A stretch of 64,000 nt of DNA, from NCBI GenBank assembly GCA_040954595.2, contig CM082592.2, positions 558,001 to 622,000 on the forward strand, read 5' to 3'. A program made the position numbers and the translations under genes. This DNA comes from Balanoglossus misakiensis. Its lineage: Eukaryota; Animalia; Hemichordata. The notes under the pieces were generated by a model. The model worked only from the letters and a program-made list of their open reading frames with translations, had not been told where the DNA came from and ran no database searches. Below are positions 1 to 12,000 of this stretch, piece after piece; the stretch's first letter is position 1, and every line of letters starts with the position of its first letter.

Positions 1-2079
1 TGTGACGGAGATTTAGCCGAGCCAGGCCGTAGAAAAATCGACTCGTTCAACGTTACAAGTGTGCAACTGTTTCTGCTCTAGAGTGTCAGGGTTTTAGCCG
101 ACTTATGCTGTAGGAAATCTGAGTTGATGAACGGGAATTTAATGTTAGAAAACCCGTGTGGAAAGTATCTCTACCCGTTTGAAACTAAGAAAAGAATTTA
201 TTCTTATTTATTTTGTAAAAAAGACAATTTTTCGAAAACAAGTCGAAAATGGTAATTTTGTCTTAGGTGATTCAAATTATACCACCTTTTCTGGAATTTG
301 CAGCACTTTTTACAAGAGAACGACACTTCATGCTCCATAATATTTCCGAAAATGAAGAAAAGAGTTTATTTTTTATGATTTTTTAAAAATTTACCATTTT
401 TGTCAAAATATGGCCAAAATGGCTATTTTGTCTTGAATTCCGTCAATATCTCTGCATTTTTGGAGTTGTCGAAAGTTTTAACATACAATCAACATGTCAT
501 ATATGATCAGGGCACCAAATTCGAAGAACAAAGGTTTTTTTTATTTTTTTTTCTAAAAATGACATTTTCAAGGAAAATTTGGTAAAACGCAATTTTGTCT
601 GCAGTGAGCCATATTAGACTGTCTTTTTTTTGGAATTTGTATCGATATATACATACGAAGAGCATTCTATACTCCATCAGATTTCCGAAAATGTAGAAAA
701 CAGGTATTTTTTGTAATTTTCCAAAATTTTCCATTTTGACCAAATTGTGCTAAAATTGTTATTTTCGTGTTGAATGCCGCCAGTGTCACTGCTTTTAAAA
801 GTCATAAAAACTTTTAACATACAATTAATTATTTATATATGATCAGGTCACCGAATTAAAAAAATAAAGAATGTTTTGCCTAAAAATGACCTTTTAGGTG
901 CAAAAACGAATAAAACGTAATTTTGTATTAAATCAGCTCATTCAGAGTGCATTTTTTATAATCAGCACCATTTTTACATATAATTGAAATTTCATACATC
1001 ATTAGATATCCAAATATGAAAAAATGATTTAGATTTTAGATGATTGTCCAAAATTAGCTGATATCTAATAAATGTAGTATTGAACCGTTCTGTTTGCCCC
1101 CCCCCCCCCCTTACATTATATGCGGTACGCCGATGTCAGCTTACCCGGCAGTACTGCAGGCCGTGCCCCCAACAAACGTCGGTGTTTGGAACGCCCTGGT
1201 TAAATTCGGGCTTTCTCTATAAATTGACAGGCAATAATACAGTCCTACCCGAACAAATGTCGAGTGTTGACCCGCTGTGACTTACCATCTTCGGTTTGCC
1301 CGACTTAGCCAACGTCTTTGTACTAGAGTGTCTGGTCTTTTGCAGAGCCAGGCCGAAGGAAATCCGACTTGATCACCGTTGCTAACGAACGCTAGTGTCT
1401 GTCATGGTGTGCCGGGGTTTTAGTCGAGCCAGGCCGTAGGAGATCTGACTTGATCATCGTGGTCAATGTACGCCTGTTTCTGCTCTAGAGTGCCGGGGCT
1501 TCAGCAAAACCAGGCCGTAGGAAACCCGACGTGATTACCGTTGTTAACTTACGCCAGTCTGTGTCCTATATATAGTGCCGGGGCATCAGCCGTGCCAGGC
1601 CGAAGGAAATGTGAGTAGATCAACGTGGTCTCTGTACGCGTGTTTCTGCTCTAGAGTGCCAGGGCTTTAGCCAAGCCATGCCGTAGGAAATCTGACTTGA
1701 TCAACGTTGCTAACGAACGCTAGTGTCTGTCATAGTGTGCCGGGGTTTTAGTCGAGCCAAGCCGTAGGAGATCAGACTTGATCAACGTGGTCTCTGTACG
1801 CGTGTTTCTGCTCTAGAGTGCCGGGGCTTTATCCAAGCCATGCCGTAGAAAATCTGACTTCATCACCGTTGCTAACGTACGCTAGTGTCTGTCATATTGT
1901 GACGGAGATTTAGCCGAGCCAGGCCATAGAAAAATCGACTTGTTCAACGTTACCAGTGTGCAACTGTTTCTGCTCTAGAGTGTCAGGGTTTTAGCCGACT
2001 TATGCTGTAGGAAATCTGAGTTGATGAACGCGAATTCAATGTTAGAAAACCCTTGTGGAAAGTATCTCTACCCGTTTGA

Positions 2080-2990
2080 AACTAAGAAAAGAATTTATTC
2101 TTATTTATTTTGTAAAAAAGACAATTTTTCGAAAAAAAGTCGAAAATGGTAATTTTGTCTTGGGTGATTCAAATTATACCGCCTTTTCTGGAATTTGCTG
2201 CACTTCTTACAAGAGAACGACACTTCATGCTCCATAATATTTCGGAAAATGAAGAAAAGAGTTATTTTTTTATGATTTTTTAAAAATTTACCATTTTTGT
2301 CAAAATATGGCCAAAATGGCTATTTTTTCTTGAATTCCGTCAATATATCTGCATTTTTGGAGTGGTCGAAAGTTTTAACATACAATCAACATGTCATATA
2401 TGATCAGGGCACCAAATTCGAAGAACAAAGGTTTTTTTATTTTTTTTTCTTCTAAAAATGACATTTTCAAGGAAAATTTGGTAAAACGCAATTTTGTCTG
2501 CAGTGAGCCAAATTAGACGGTCTTTTGTGGAATTTGTATCGATATATACATACGAAGAGCATTCTATACTCCATCAGATTTCCGAAAATGTAGAAAACAG
2601 GTATTTTTTTGTAATTTTCAAAAATTTACCATTTTGACCAAATTGTGGCTAAAATTTTTATTTTCGTGTTGAATGCCGCCAGTGTCACTGCTTTTAAAAG
2701 TCATAAAACCTTTTAACATACAAGCAATTGTTTATATATGATCAGGTCACCGAATTAAAAAAATAAAGAATGTTTTGCCTAAAAATGACCTTTTTGGTGC
2801 AAAAACGAATAAAACGCAATTTTGTATTAAATCAGCTCATTCAGAGTGCATTTTTTATAATCAGCACCATTTTTACATGTAATGGAAATTTCATACATCA
2901 TCAGATATCCAAATATAAAAAAAAATTATTTAGATTTTAGATGATTGTCCAAAATTAGCTGATATCTAATAAATGTAGTATTGAACCGTT
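2080..2990 (+). repeat. AT-rich block of the satellite unit (example): about three diverged ~330-337-bp subrepeats
   Basis: In unit 1, AATTTTGT recurs at ~254, ~591, ~919 and TTTCCGAAAATG at ~343 and ~682; TTTTAACATACAA..ATATGATCAGG.CACC.AATT occurs twice per unit. The same layout is present in this unit. Confidence 0.85.
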
Positions 2991-3214
2991 CTGTCCCCCC
3001 CCCCCACATTATATGCGGTACGCCGATGTCAGCTTACCCGGCAGTACTGCAGGCCGTGGCCCAAACTAACGTTGGTGTTTGAAACGCCCTGGTTAAATTC
3101 GGGCTTCCTCTATAAATTGACAGGCAATAATGCAGTCCTACCCGAACAAATGTCGAGTGTTGACCCGCTGTGACTTTCCCTCTTCGGTTTGCCCGACTTA
3201 GCCAACGTCTTTGT

Positions 3215-4090
3215 ACTAGAGTGTCGGGTCTTTTGCAGAGCCAGGCCGAAGGAAATCCGACTTGATCACCGTTGCTAACGAACGCTAGTGTCTGTCATGG
3301 TGTGCCGGGGTTTTAGTCGAGCCAGGCCGTAGGAGATCTGACTTGATCATCGTAGTCAATGTACGCGTGTTTCCGCTCTAAAGTGCCGGGGCTTCAGCTA
3401 AACCAGGCCGTAGGAAATCCGACGTAATCACCGTTGATAACTTACGCCAGTCTGTGTCATATAGAGCCGGTGCACCAGCCGAGTCACGCCGTAGGAAATC
3501 TGACTTGATCAACGTGGTCAATGTACGCCTGTTTCTGCTCTAGAGTGCCGGGGCTTCAGCTGAGCCAGGCCGTAGGTAACCCGACGTGATTACCGTTGTT
3601 AACTTACGCCAGTCTGTGTCCTATATATAGTGCCGGGGCATCAGCCGTGCCAGGCCGAAGGAAATGTGAGTAGATAGATCAACGTGGTCTCTGTACGCGT
3701 GTTTCTGCTCTAGAGTGCCAGGGCTTTAGCCAAGCCATGCCGTAGGAAATCTGACTTGATCAACGTTGCTAACGAACGCTAGTGTCTGTCATAGTGTGCC
3801 GGGGTTTTAGTCGAGCCAAGCCGTAGGAGATCAGACTTGATCAACGTGGTCTTTGTACGCGTGTTTCTGCTCTAGAGTGCCGGGGCTTTATCCAAGCCAT
3901 GCCGTAGAAAATCTGACTTGATCACCGTTGCTAACGTACGCTAGTGTCTGTCATATTGTGACGGAGATTTAGCCGAGCCAGGCCGTAGAAAAATCGACTT
4001 GTTCAACGTTACCAGTGTGCAACTGTTTCTGCTCTAGAGTGTCAGGGTTTTAGCCGACTTATGCTGTAGGAAATCTGAGTTGATGAACGC
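3215..4090 (+). repeat. CpG-rich block of the satellite unit (example): about 11 tandem 81-bp monomers, alternating A/B types
   Basis: The core GCCAGGCCGTAGGAAATCTGACTTGATCA recurs at ~3240, 3321, 3402, 3483, 3564, 3649, 3734, 3815, 3896, 3977, 4058. Confidence 0.93.
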
Positions 4091-7000
4091 GAATTCAATG
4101 TTAGAAAACCCGTGTGGAAAGTATCTCTACCCGTTTGAAACTAAGAAAAGAATTTATTCTTATTTATTTTGTAAAAAAGACAATTTTTCGAAAAAAGTCG
4201 AAAAATTGCAATTTTGTCTTGGGTGATTCAAATAATACCGCCTTTTCTGGAATTTGCAGCACGTTTTACAAGAGAACGACACTTCATGCTCCATAATATT
4301 TCCGAAAATGAAGAAAAGAGTTAATTTCTTATGATTTTTCAAAAATTTACCATTTTTGTCAAAATATGGCCAAAATGGCTATTTTTCTTGAATTCCGTCA
4401 ATATCTCTGCATTTTTGGAATGGTCGAGAGTTTTAACATACAATCAACATGTCATATATGATCAGGGCACCAAATTCGAAGAACAAAGGTTTTTTTATTT
4501 TTTTTTCTAAAAATGACATTTTCAAGGAAAATTTGGTAAAACGCAATTTTGTCTGCAGTGAGCCAAATTAGACGGTCTTTTGTGGAATTTGTATCGATAT
4601 ATACATACGAAGAGCATTCTATACTCCATCAGATTTCCGAAAATGTAGAAAACAGGTATTTTTTGTAACTTTCCAAAAATTACCATTTTGACCAAATTGT
4701 GGCTAAAATTGTTATTTTCGTGATGAATGCCGCCAGTGTCACTGCTTTTAAAAGTCATAAAAACTTTTAACATACAAGCAATTGTTTATATATGATCAGG
4801 TCACCGAATTAAAAAATAAAGAATGTTTTGACTAAAAATCAGCTCATTCAGAGTGCATTTTTTATAATCAGCACCATTTTTACATATAATGGAAATTTCA
4901 TACATCATCAGATATCCAAATATGAAAAAATGATTTAGATTTTAGATGATTGTCCAAAATTAGCTGATATCTAATAAATGTAGTATTGAACCGTTCTGTT
5001 CCCCCCCCCCCCCTACATTATATGCGGTACGCCGATGTCAGCTTACCCGGCAGTACTGCAGGCCGTGCCCCCAACTAACGTCGGTGTTTGAAACGCCCTG
5101 GTTAAATTGGGGCTTTCTCTATAAATTGACAGGCAATAATGCAGTCCTACCCGAACAAATGTCGAGTGTTGACCCGCTGTGACTTTCCCTCTTCGGTTTG
5201 CCCGACTTAGCCAACGTCTTTGTACTAATGTGTCGCGTCTTTTGCAGAGCCAGGCCGAAGGAATTCCGACTTGATCACCGTTGCTAACGAACGATAGTGT
5301 CTGTCATGGTGTGCCGGGGTTTTAGTCGAGCCAGGCCGTAGGAGATCTGACTTGATCATCGTGGTCAATGTACGCGTGTTTCCGCTCTAAAGTGCCGGGG
5401 CTTCAGCTAAACCATGCCGTAGGAAATCCGACGTAATCACCGTTGATAACTTACGCCAGTCTGTGTCATATAGAGCCGGTGCACCAGACGAGTCACGCTG
5501 TAGGAAATCTGACTTGATCAACGTGGTCAATGTACGCCTGTTTCTGCTCTAGAGTGCCGGGGCTTCAGCTGAGCCAGGCCGTAGGAAACCCGACGTGATT
5601 ACCGTTGTTAACTTACGCCAGTCTGTGTCCTATATATAGTGCCGGGGCATCAGCCGTGCCAGGCCGAAGGAAATGTGAGTAGATCAACGTGGTCTCTGTA
5701 CGCGTGTTTCTGCTCTAGAGTGCCAGGGCTTTAGCCAAGCCATGCCGTAGGAAATCTGACTTGATCAACGTTGCTAACGAACGCTAGTGTCTGTCATAGT
5801 GTGCCGGGGTTTTAGTCGAGCCAAGCCGTAGGAGATCAGACTTGATCAACGTGGTCCTGGTACGCGTGTTTCTGCTCTAGAGTGCCGGGGCTCTATCCAA
5901 GCCATGCCGTAGGAAATCTGAGTTGATGAACGGGAATTCAATGTTAGAAAACCCGTGTGGAAAGTATCTCTACCCGTTTGAAACTAAGAAAAGAATTTAT
6001 TCTTATTTATTTTGTAAAAAAGACAATTGTTCCAAAAAAAGTCGAAAATGGTAATTTTGTCTTGGGTGATTCAAATTATACCACCTTTTCTGGAATTTGC
6101 AGCACTTTTTACAAGAGAACGACACTTCATGCTCCATAATATTTCCGAAAATGAAGAAAAGAGTTAATTTTTTATGATTTTTTAAAAAATTACCATTTTT
6201 GTCAATATGGCCAAAATGGCTATTTTTTCTTGAATTCCGTCAATATCTCTGCATTTTTGGAGAGGTCGAAAGTTTTAACATACAATCAACATGTCATATA
6301 TGATCAGGGCACCAAATTCGAAGAACAAAGGTTTTTTATTTTTTTCTAAAAATAACATTTTCAAGGAAAATTTGGTAAAACGCAATTTTGTCTGCAGTGA
6401 GCCAAATTAGACTGTATTTTGTGGAATTTGTATCGATATATACATACGAAGAGCATTCTATACTCCATCAGATTTCCGAAAATGTAGAAAACAGGTATTT
6501 TTTGTAATTTTCAAAAATTTACCATTTTGACCAAATTGTGGCTAAAATTGTTATTTTCGTGTTGAATGCCGCCAGTGTCACTGCTTTTAAAAGTCATAAA
6601 AACTTTTAACATACAAGCAATTGTTTATATATGATCAGGTCACCGAATTAAAAAAAAATTGTCTGCGGTGAGCCAAATTGGCCGTTTTTTTGTGGAATTT
6701 GTATCGATATATATATACGAAGAGGATTCTATACTCCATCAGATTTCCGAAAATGTAGAAAACAGGTATTTTTTGTAATTTTCAAAAATTTACCATTTTG
6801 ACCAAATTGTGGTTAAAATTGTTATTTTCGTGTTGAATGCCGCCAGTGTCACTGCTTTTAAAAGTCATAAAAACTTTTAACATACAAGCAATTGTTTGTA
6901 TATGATCAGGTCACCGAATTAAAAAAAATAAAGAATGTTTTGCCTAAAAATGACCTTTTTGGTGCAAAGACGAATAAAACGCAATTTTGTATTAAATCAG

Positions 7001-7619
7001 TTCATTCAGAGTGCATTTTTTATAATCAGCACCATCTTTACATATAATAGAAATTTCATACATCATCAGATATCCAAATATGAAAAAAATGATTTAGATT
7101 TTAGATGATTGTCCAAAATTAGCTGATATCTAATAAATGTAGTATTGAACCGTTCTGTTCCCCCCCCCCCCTACATTATATGCGGTACGCCGATGTCAGC
7201 TTACCCGGCAGTACTGCAGGCCGTGCCCCCCCCCCCCCCCCAACTAACGTCGGTGTTTGAAACGCCCTGGTTAAATTCGGGCTTTCTCTATAAATTGACA
7301 GGCAATAATGCAGTCCTACCCGAACAAATGTCGAGTGTTGACCCGCTGTGACTTCCCCTCTTCGGTTTGCCCGACTTAGCCAACGTCTTTGTACTAGAGT
7401 GTCGGGTCTTTTGCAGAGCCAGGCCGAAGGAAATCCGACTTGATCACCGTTGCTAACGAACGCTAGTGTCTGTCATGGTGTGCCGGGGTTTTAGTCGAGC
7501 CAGGCCGTAGGAGATCTGACTTGATCATCGTGGTCAATGTACGCGTGTTTCCGCTCAAAAGTGCCGGGGCTTCAGCTAAACCAAGCCGTAGGAAATCCGA
7601 CGTAATCACCGTTGATAAC

Positions 7620-7632
7620 TTACGCCAGTCTG
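7620..7632 (+). repeat. Target-site duplication of the Tx1-like LINE, left copy (TTACGCCAGTCTG)
   Basis: The identical 13-mer follows the poly-A at 13233-13245, where the interrupted 81-bp monomer resumes. The last G could belong to the element. Confidence 0.92.
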
Positions 7633-7842
7633 GAACGAGGGCGCTAGAGTCAGCCATCTACGGAAGCAGATTTCTAGCACGCTCAGAGTTTTCATCGTTT
7701 TTTCACGTGAAATCGGTGAATTTTGTGGCGAAACTGAAGGTATATGCTTTTGGATAGATACTTGCAGCTAACTCGAGAGCAAAGAAGCATTTTGATTCTC
7801 AGAAGAAAGACATTTTGCTAGTTTTCGTGGTCTCGAGCAAGC

Positions 7843-9015
7843 ATGGCCGTCAGAGACAAAGCCAGTTATGCGCAGGTGGTGACGACCAAACGCCTGCAAG
7901 ACAAAGACGGTGAAGTAGGAGTTCTACCCGTCTTTCTGAAGCAGTCGGACATAGTTCCCAGGGACAGTAATCAATGGCTATGAGGTGAGGAAATTATAGC
8001 AGCCGTTTCAGAAGTTGTCACCATCGGCAGCTTGGAAGGGTTGCAACGGATAAGAGGTCTGTGGGGTATTTATATGAATGACGAAGCAGACCGGACAATT
8101 TTGTTACAACATGGACTCACACTACGCGGGAAGTCGATAGAGCTGTGGGGGCGAAATCCCTTCCGAAGAGAGTTTCATGAAGATTGGTTAAGATTAACGA
8201 TAAAAGATCTACCATTGTCACACGATGATGATGCTATTGCCGCTACACTTACTGGTTTGGGCTGTAAGCTCAAAACAGATATATCCAGACAGAAATGGAG
8301 GTTAGAAGGCAAGTTGACAAACATTCTTAATGGGGATCGAACTGTGTTCATCGAAAAACCAAAGACACCATTACCAGCTCAGGTTAAGATCGGTGCATTT
8401 TACGCGAAGATTATTTATAAGCAATCCACAGCGGAGACGCAGCCACGATGCGGCAAATGCTTAGAGGAGGGACATACTGCGTACAATTGCACTGGACAAA
8501 TCAAATGCAGACTCTGTAAAAGAGAGGGGCATATTGCAAGAAATTGTATGACTTCTCAGGTACACGAAGAATTAACGTCTCAGTCCACCAAATACACAAT
8601 GCAGAAAAGGTCTACGAATCCTGCCGATGCGGTATCGAGACTAGAAAGTGACAGCACACCGTTACAAGGAACATCCAGGCGTGAAACGGGGGACAAAGAC
8701 CGTGTTGAGAAACCGCAAAGTCTGGCAAACAAAGCACCTGAGCCCTCGAGCTCGAGCGTTAAATCACAAAGCTCAATTTTAGCGTTCTTAAAAGAGAACA
8801 GAGACGATAGACAAAACGATACTAGTGTCAGTGAAGGTGATGTAACGGATATTGAAGGTGGCGAGGACCGGCGTTATGACACATCAAGAGAAAATTTCTC
8901 TGAATTGTCTGCTGAATCGCCACCACTGTTGTCATTGACCCAAAGCAAAGAAAATAAGAAAAAACGTAAAAGAAGACGAAAGCAGCAGCAGCAAGTCAGA
9001 ATCAAAGGCTACTGA
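7843..9015 (+). pseudogene. LINE ORF1 (nucleic-acid-binding, two CCHC zinc knuckles), premature stop at 7981-7983
   Basis: ATG at 7843 (MAVRDKASYAQVV) is in frame with ORF 8032-9015. Contains CGKCLEEGHTAYNC, CRLCKREGHIARNC and a basic C-terminal tail. Confidence 0.88.
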
Positions 9016-12000
9016 TGGCAGCGCTGAAGTTAGTTACCCTGAATGTCAGGGGTTTCAAAGACAAAACGAAAAGGAACTGTATATATCGCTGGCTAAAACT
9101 CCAAAAAACGAGTATCGCGATTTTACAAGAGTTGCATAGAAATGGAACAGACATTGACACTTGGGAGAAAGAATGGGGAGGGAAAGTATTCTTCTCGAAA
9201 GGTGACAATTATAGCAGAGGAACGGCAATATTGATTGAGCGCAGATGTGACCTCACCATTGATTCCGTGTGGAATGACGACTTCGGAAGAATTTGCATAA
9301 TAAACGGTAGCCTTGTAGGTGTTAAGCTTTCAATTTGTAGTGTTTATGCCCCGAATCTCGTGAAACAAAGAACGGAATTCTTGAAAGATCTAGCTGGCCT
9401 GGTTGACACTCACTGCTATTACGAAAATCTTATTATAGCAGGCGACTTCAATTGTGCACTCAACGACACTTTGGACAGAGCGTCAAGTGTGAAATCACGG
9501 CAATCACATGATGGATCAAGAAGAGTCTTACGTAGTTTTTGTAATCAGTTTCAACTTATTGATGTTTGGAGGAATTTCCACCCTGGGCAACGGCAGTTTA
9601 CTTGGCGAAGATTGGCCCCATCACCGACTCATAGCCGATTAGATTATGTTTTTATCTCAAAGCACCTCGTCAAGAATGTCAAAAAATCGGATATTCGTCC
9701 TGCTGTACACACAGATCATATGGCTGTTTACGTGGAATTGCAGACCGCTTCAGATTGTAGAGGGCCTGGTACATGGAAACTGAACAATAGGCTTTTAAAA
9801 AATGAAGGCTTTGTCAACGGAGTCAAATCTGTAATCAGAGAGTGTGGTGAGAAGACATTCGAAAATAATCGGATGAAATGGGACATCATGAAGAAAGAAA
9901 TTAAAGAATATGCATTGGAATTTACAAGGTATGGAACAAAAGATCACAATAAGGAAATACCGAAGCTTGAGCAACAGCTAAAAGCGGATGAAAGAAATAT
10001 GCTGGTGAATCCATCAGATGAAAATATACGGAAATACAGTGAAACCAAACAACGCCTTGAGAATATTTACAACATACTCGCTGAAGGTGCGCAGATAAGA
10101 TCGCGTGCAGCGTGGGTGGAAAAGGGAGAAAGGAATACCAAGTATTTTTATCATTAGAAAAGTGAAATGCAGGAAAAAAGGAAATTAAGGAGCTGGTGAC
10201 CAGAAGTGGAAAGTGTGTGACAAAAACGGACGAGATTCTGCGGGAACAAAGAGAATTCTACGAGACGATCTATCAGCGAAAATGTTGCCATCAGTCGATT
10301 GACGATTTTTTGGAAAATAGCAGTTTACCAGGACTAACAGCTCTACAAAGTGAACAGTGCGAAGGTAATTTAACGGAAAGGGAATGTTTGCGCGCTTTGA
10401 AGACCATGGCAGCTAACAAGTCTCCGGGATGTGATGGACTTTCGGTCGAATTTTTTCTTTTCTTTTGGTCAGAAATAAAAACATTTGTCACTTCATCTCT
10501 CAATGAAGCCTGGTCGTCAGGGGAACTTTCTGCTACACAAAAAAGAGGTATTATTACATTGTTGTATAAAAAGGGAGATGAAAATGACTTGAATAATTGG
10601 AGGCCTGTGTCGCTTTTAAACATTGACTACAAAATTGCCACTAAGGCATTATCAAACAGACTCAAATGTGTTTTATTATTATTATTATTATTAAGAATTG
10701 TTTAAAATGCGCTACACATACGTCTCAGCGCATTGTACATAGCTAAAAGAGTAGATTAAAAAATACAAGGCTGGTAAAAATAGTTAAAAGGACACAATCG
10801 AACACGTTACACATAAAACCGAGTAAAAAGGTATGTTTTCAAATTACGCTTAAAAATATTGACACTTCTGGCGGTTTTGATATCAAGGGGTAAATTGTTC
10901 CATAAAATTGGCGCACAAACTGAAAAAGCTCTCTGTCCGTAGGTTTTGTTAAATTTACCATGAGGATGAGTTAAAAAGAATTGAACACTAGAGCGCAGTT
11001 CTCGAGCTGGTACATATAAATGTAAAAGATCAGTCAAATAGGCGGGTGCCTTACCACTGATACATTTGAATGTGAGCAAGAGAATTTTAAAACTGATGCG
11101 GGCCTCTACCGGTAGCCAGTGTAAATCTTTGAGTATGGGTGTGATATGATCGGACTTGCGCGTACGAGTAACTAGCCTCGCCGCAGCATTCTGTAGAGAC
11201 TGAAGTCGAGCTAGATGTCCCTTCGGGATACCAAACAAAAGACTATTACAGTAATCTAAATGAGACGTTACCTACAATTATCCATAGAGATCAGACAGGC
11301 TATATGAAAGGCCGTTTTATTGGAGAAAACATTCGCCTGATCTCCGATGGCGACGTTTGGAAGGAGCGATCCTTTTTGTAGATTATGAGAAAGCGTTTGA
11401 CAGTGTAAATTGGAAATTTTTGTATAGCGTGCTTAAAAAGATGAATTTTGGTCCAGGCTTTATACGCTGGATTGAAGTTTTATATAGTAATATTTCTAGT
11501 TGTATTGTTTATAAGGGATGGTGCTCTGGATACTTTTCATTACATAGAGGTGTTCGACAGGGATGTTCCCTCTCGGCTTTATTGTTTTTACTTGTGATCG
11601 AAGTACTTGCATGTAAAATAAGACAACACGGGGAGATCAACGGGATCCCCTTATATGGTAATAATACAGCGAAGATTTCATTATTTGCCGACGACACCAC
11701 TATTTTTACAAGGGATGGTCGGTCATTAGAAAATGTTTTTAAAGTTATGGATGATTTTCATCCGTGTGGTGGTTTAAAAATGAGCAACAAGAAAACGAAG
11801 GCAATGTGGGTTGGAAAAAACAGAAATAGTGAAAAGAAAATGGGAAATGTTGAATGGACAAATGAGCCCATCAAAACGCTTGGTGTGTATTTTGGCAATG
11901 ACACTGAGAAATGTAACAAACTTAACTGGGAGCCTAAGATTGATAAACTGAAAAAGGTGCTACAAATGTGGGAAAGGAGAAGGCTTACGTTTTATGGGAG

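Larger units (their letters stand above)
1..7632 (+). repeat. Composite ~2-kb macrosatellite array, segment 1 (+ orientation)
   Basis: The same unit recurs with marker positions 158, 2055, 4114, 5957 (spacings 1897, 2059, 1843); interrupted at 7632 by a LINE. Confidence 0.97.

Noticed and set aside
158-340. Recurrent 60-aa ORF (MESISTRLKLRKEF...) and other short satellite ORFs as a tandem gene family
   Set aside because: GTG/TTG starts, low-complexity K/F bias from A/T tracts, and frameshifted or deleted in several units.
3215-4090. 81-bp (27-codon) period as a repeat-protein exon
   Set aside because: Recurrent in-frame TAG/TAA and frame-breaking monomers of other lengths; no long ORF on either strand.
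3215-4090. CRISPR array
   Set aside because: The intervening segments are homologous to one another rather than unique spacers; eukaryotic context; no cas genes.
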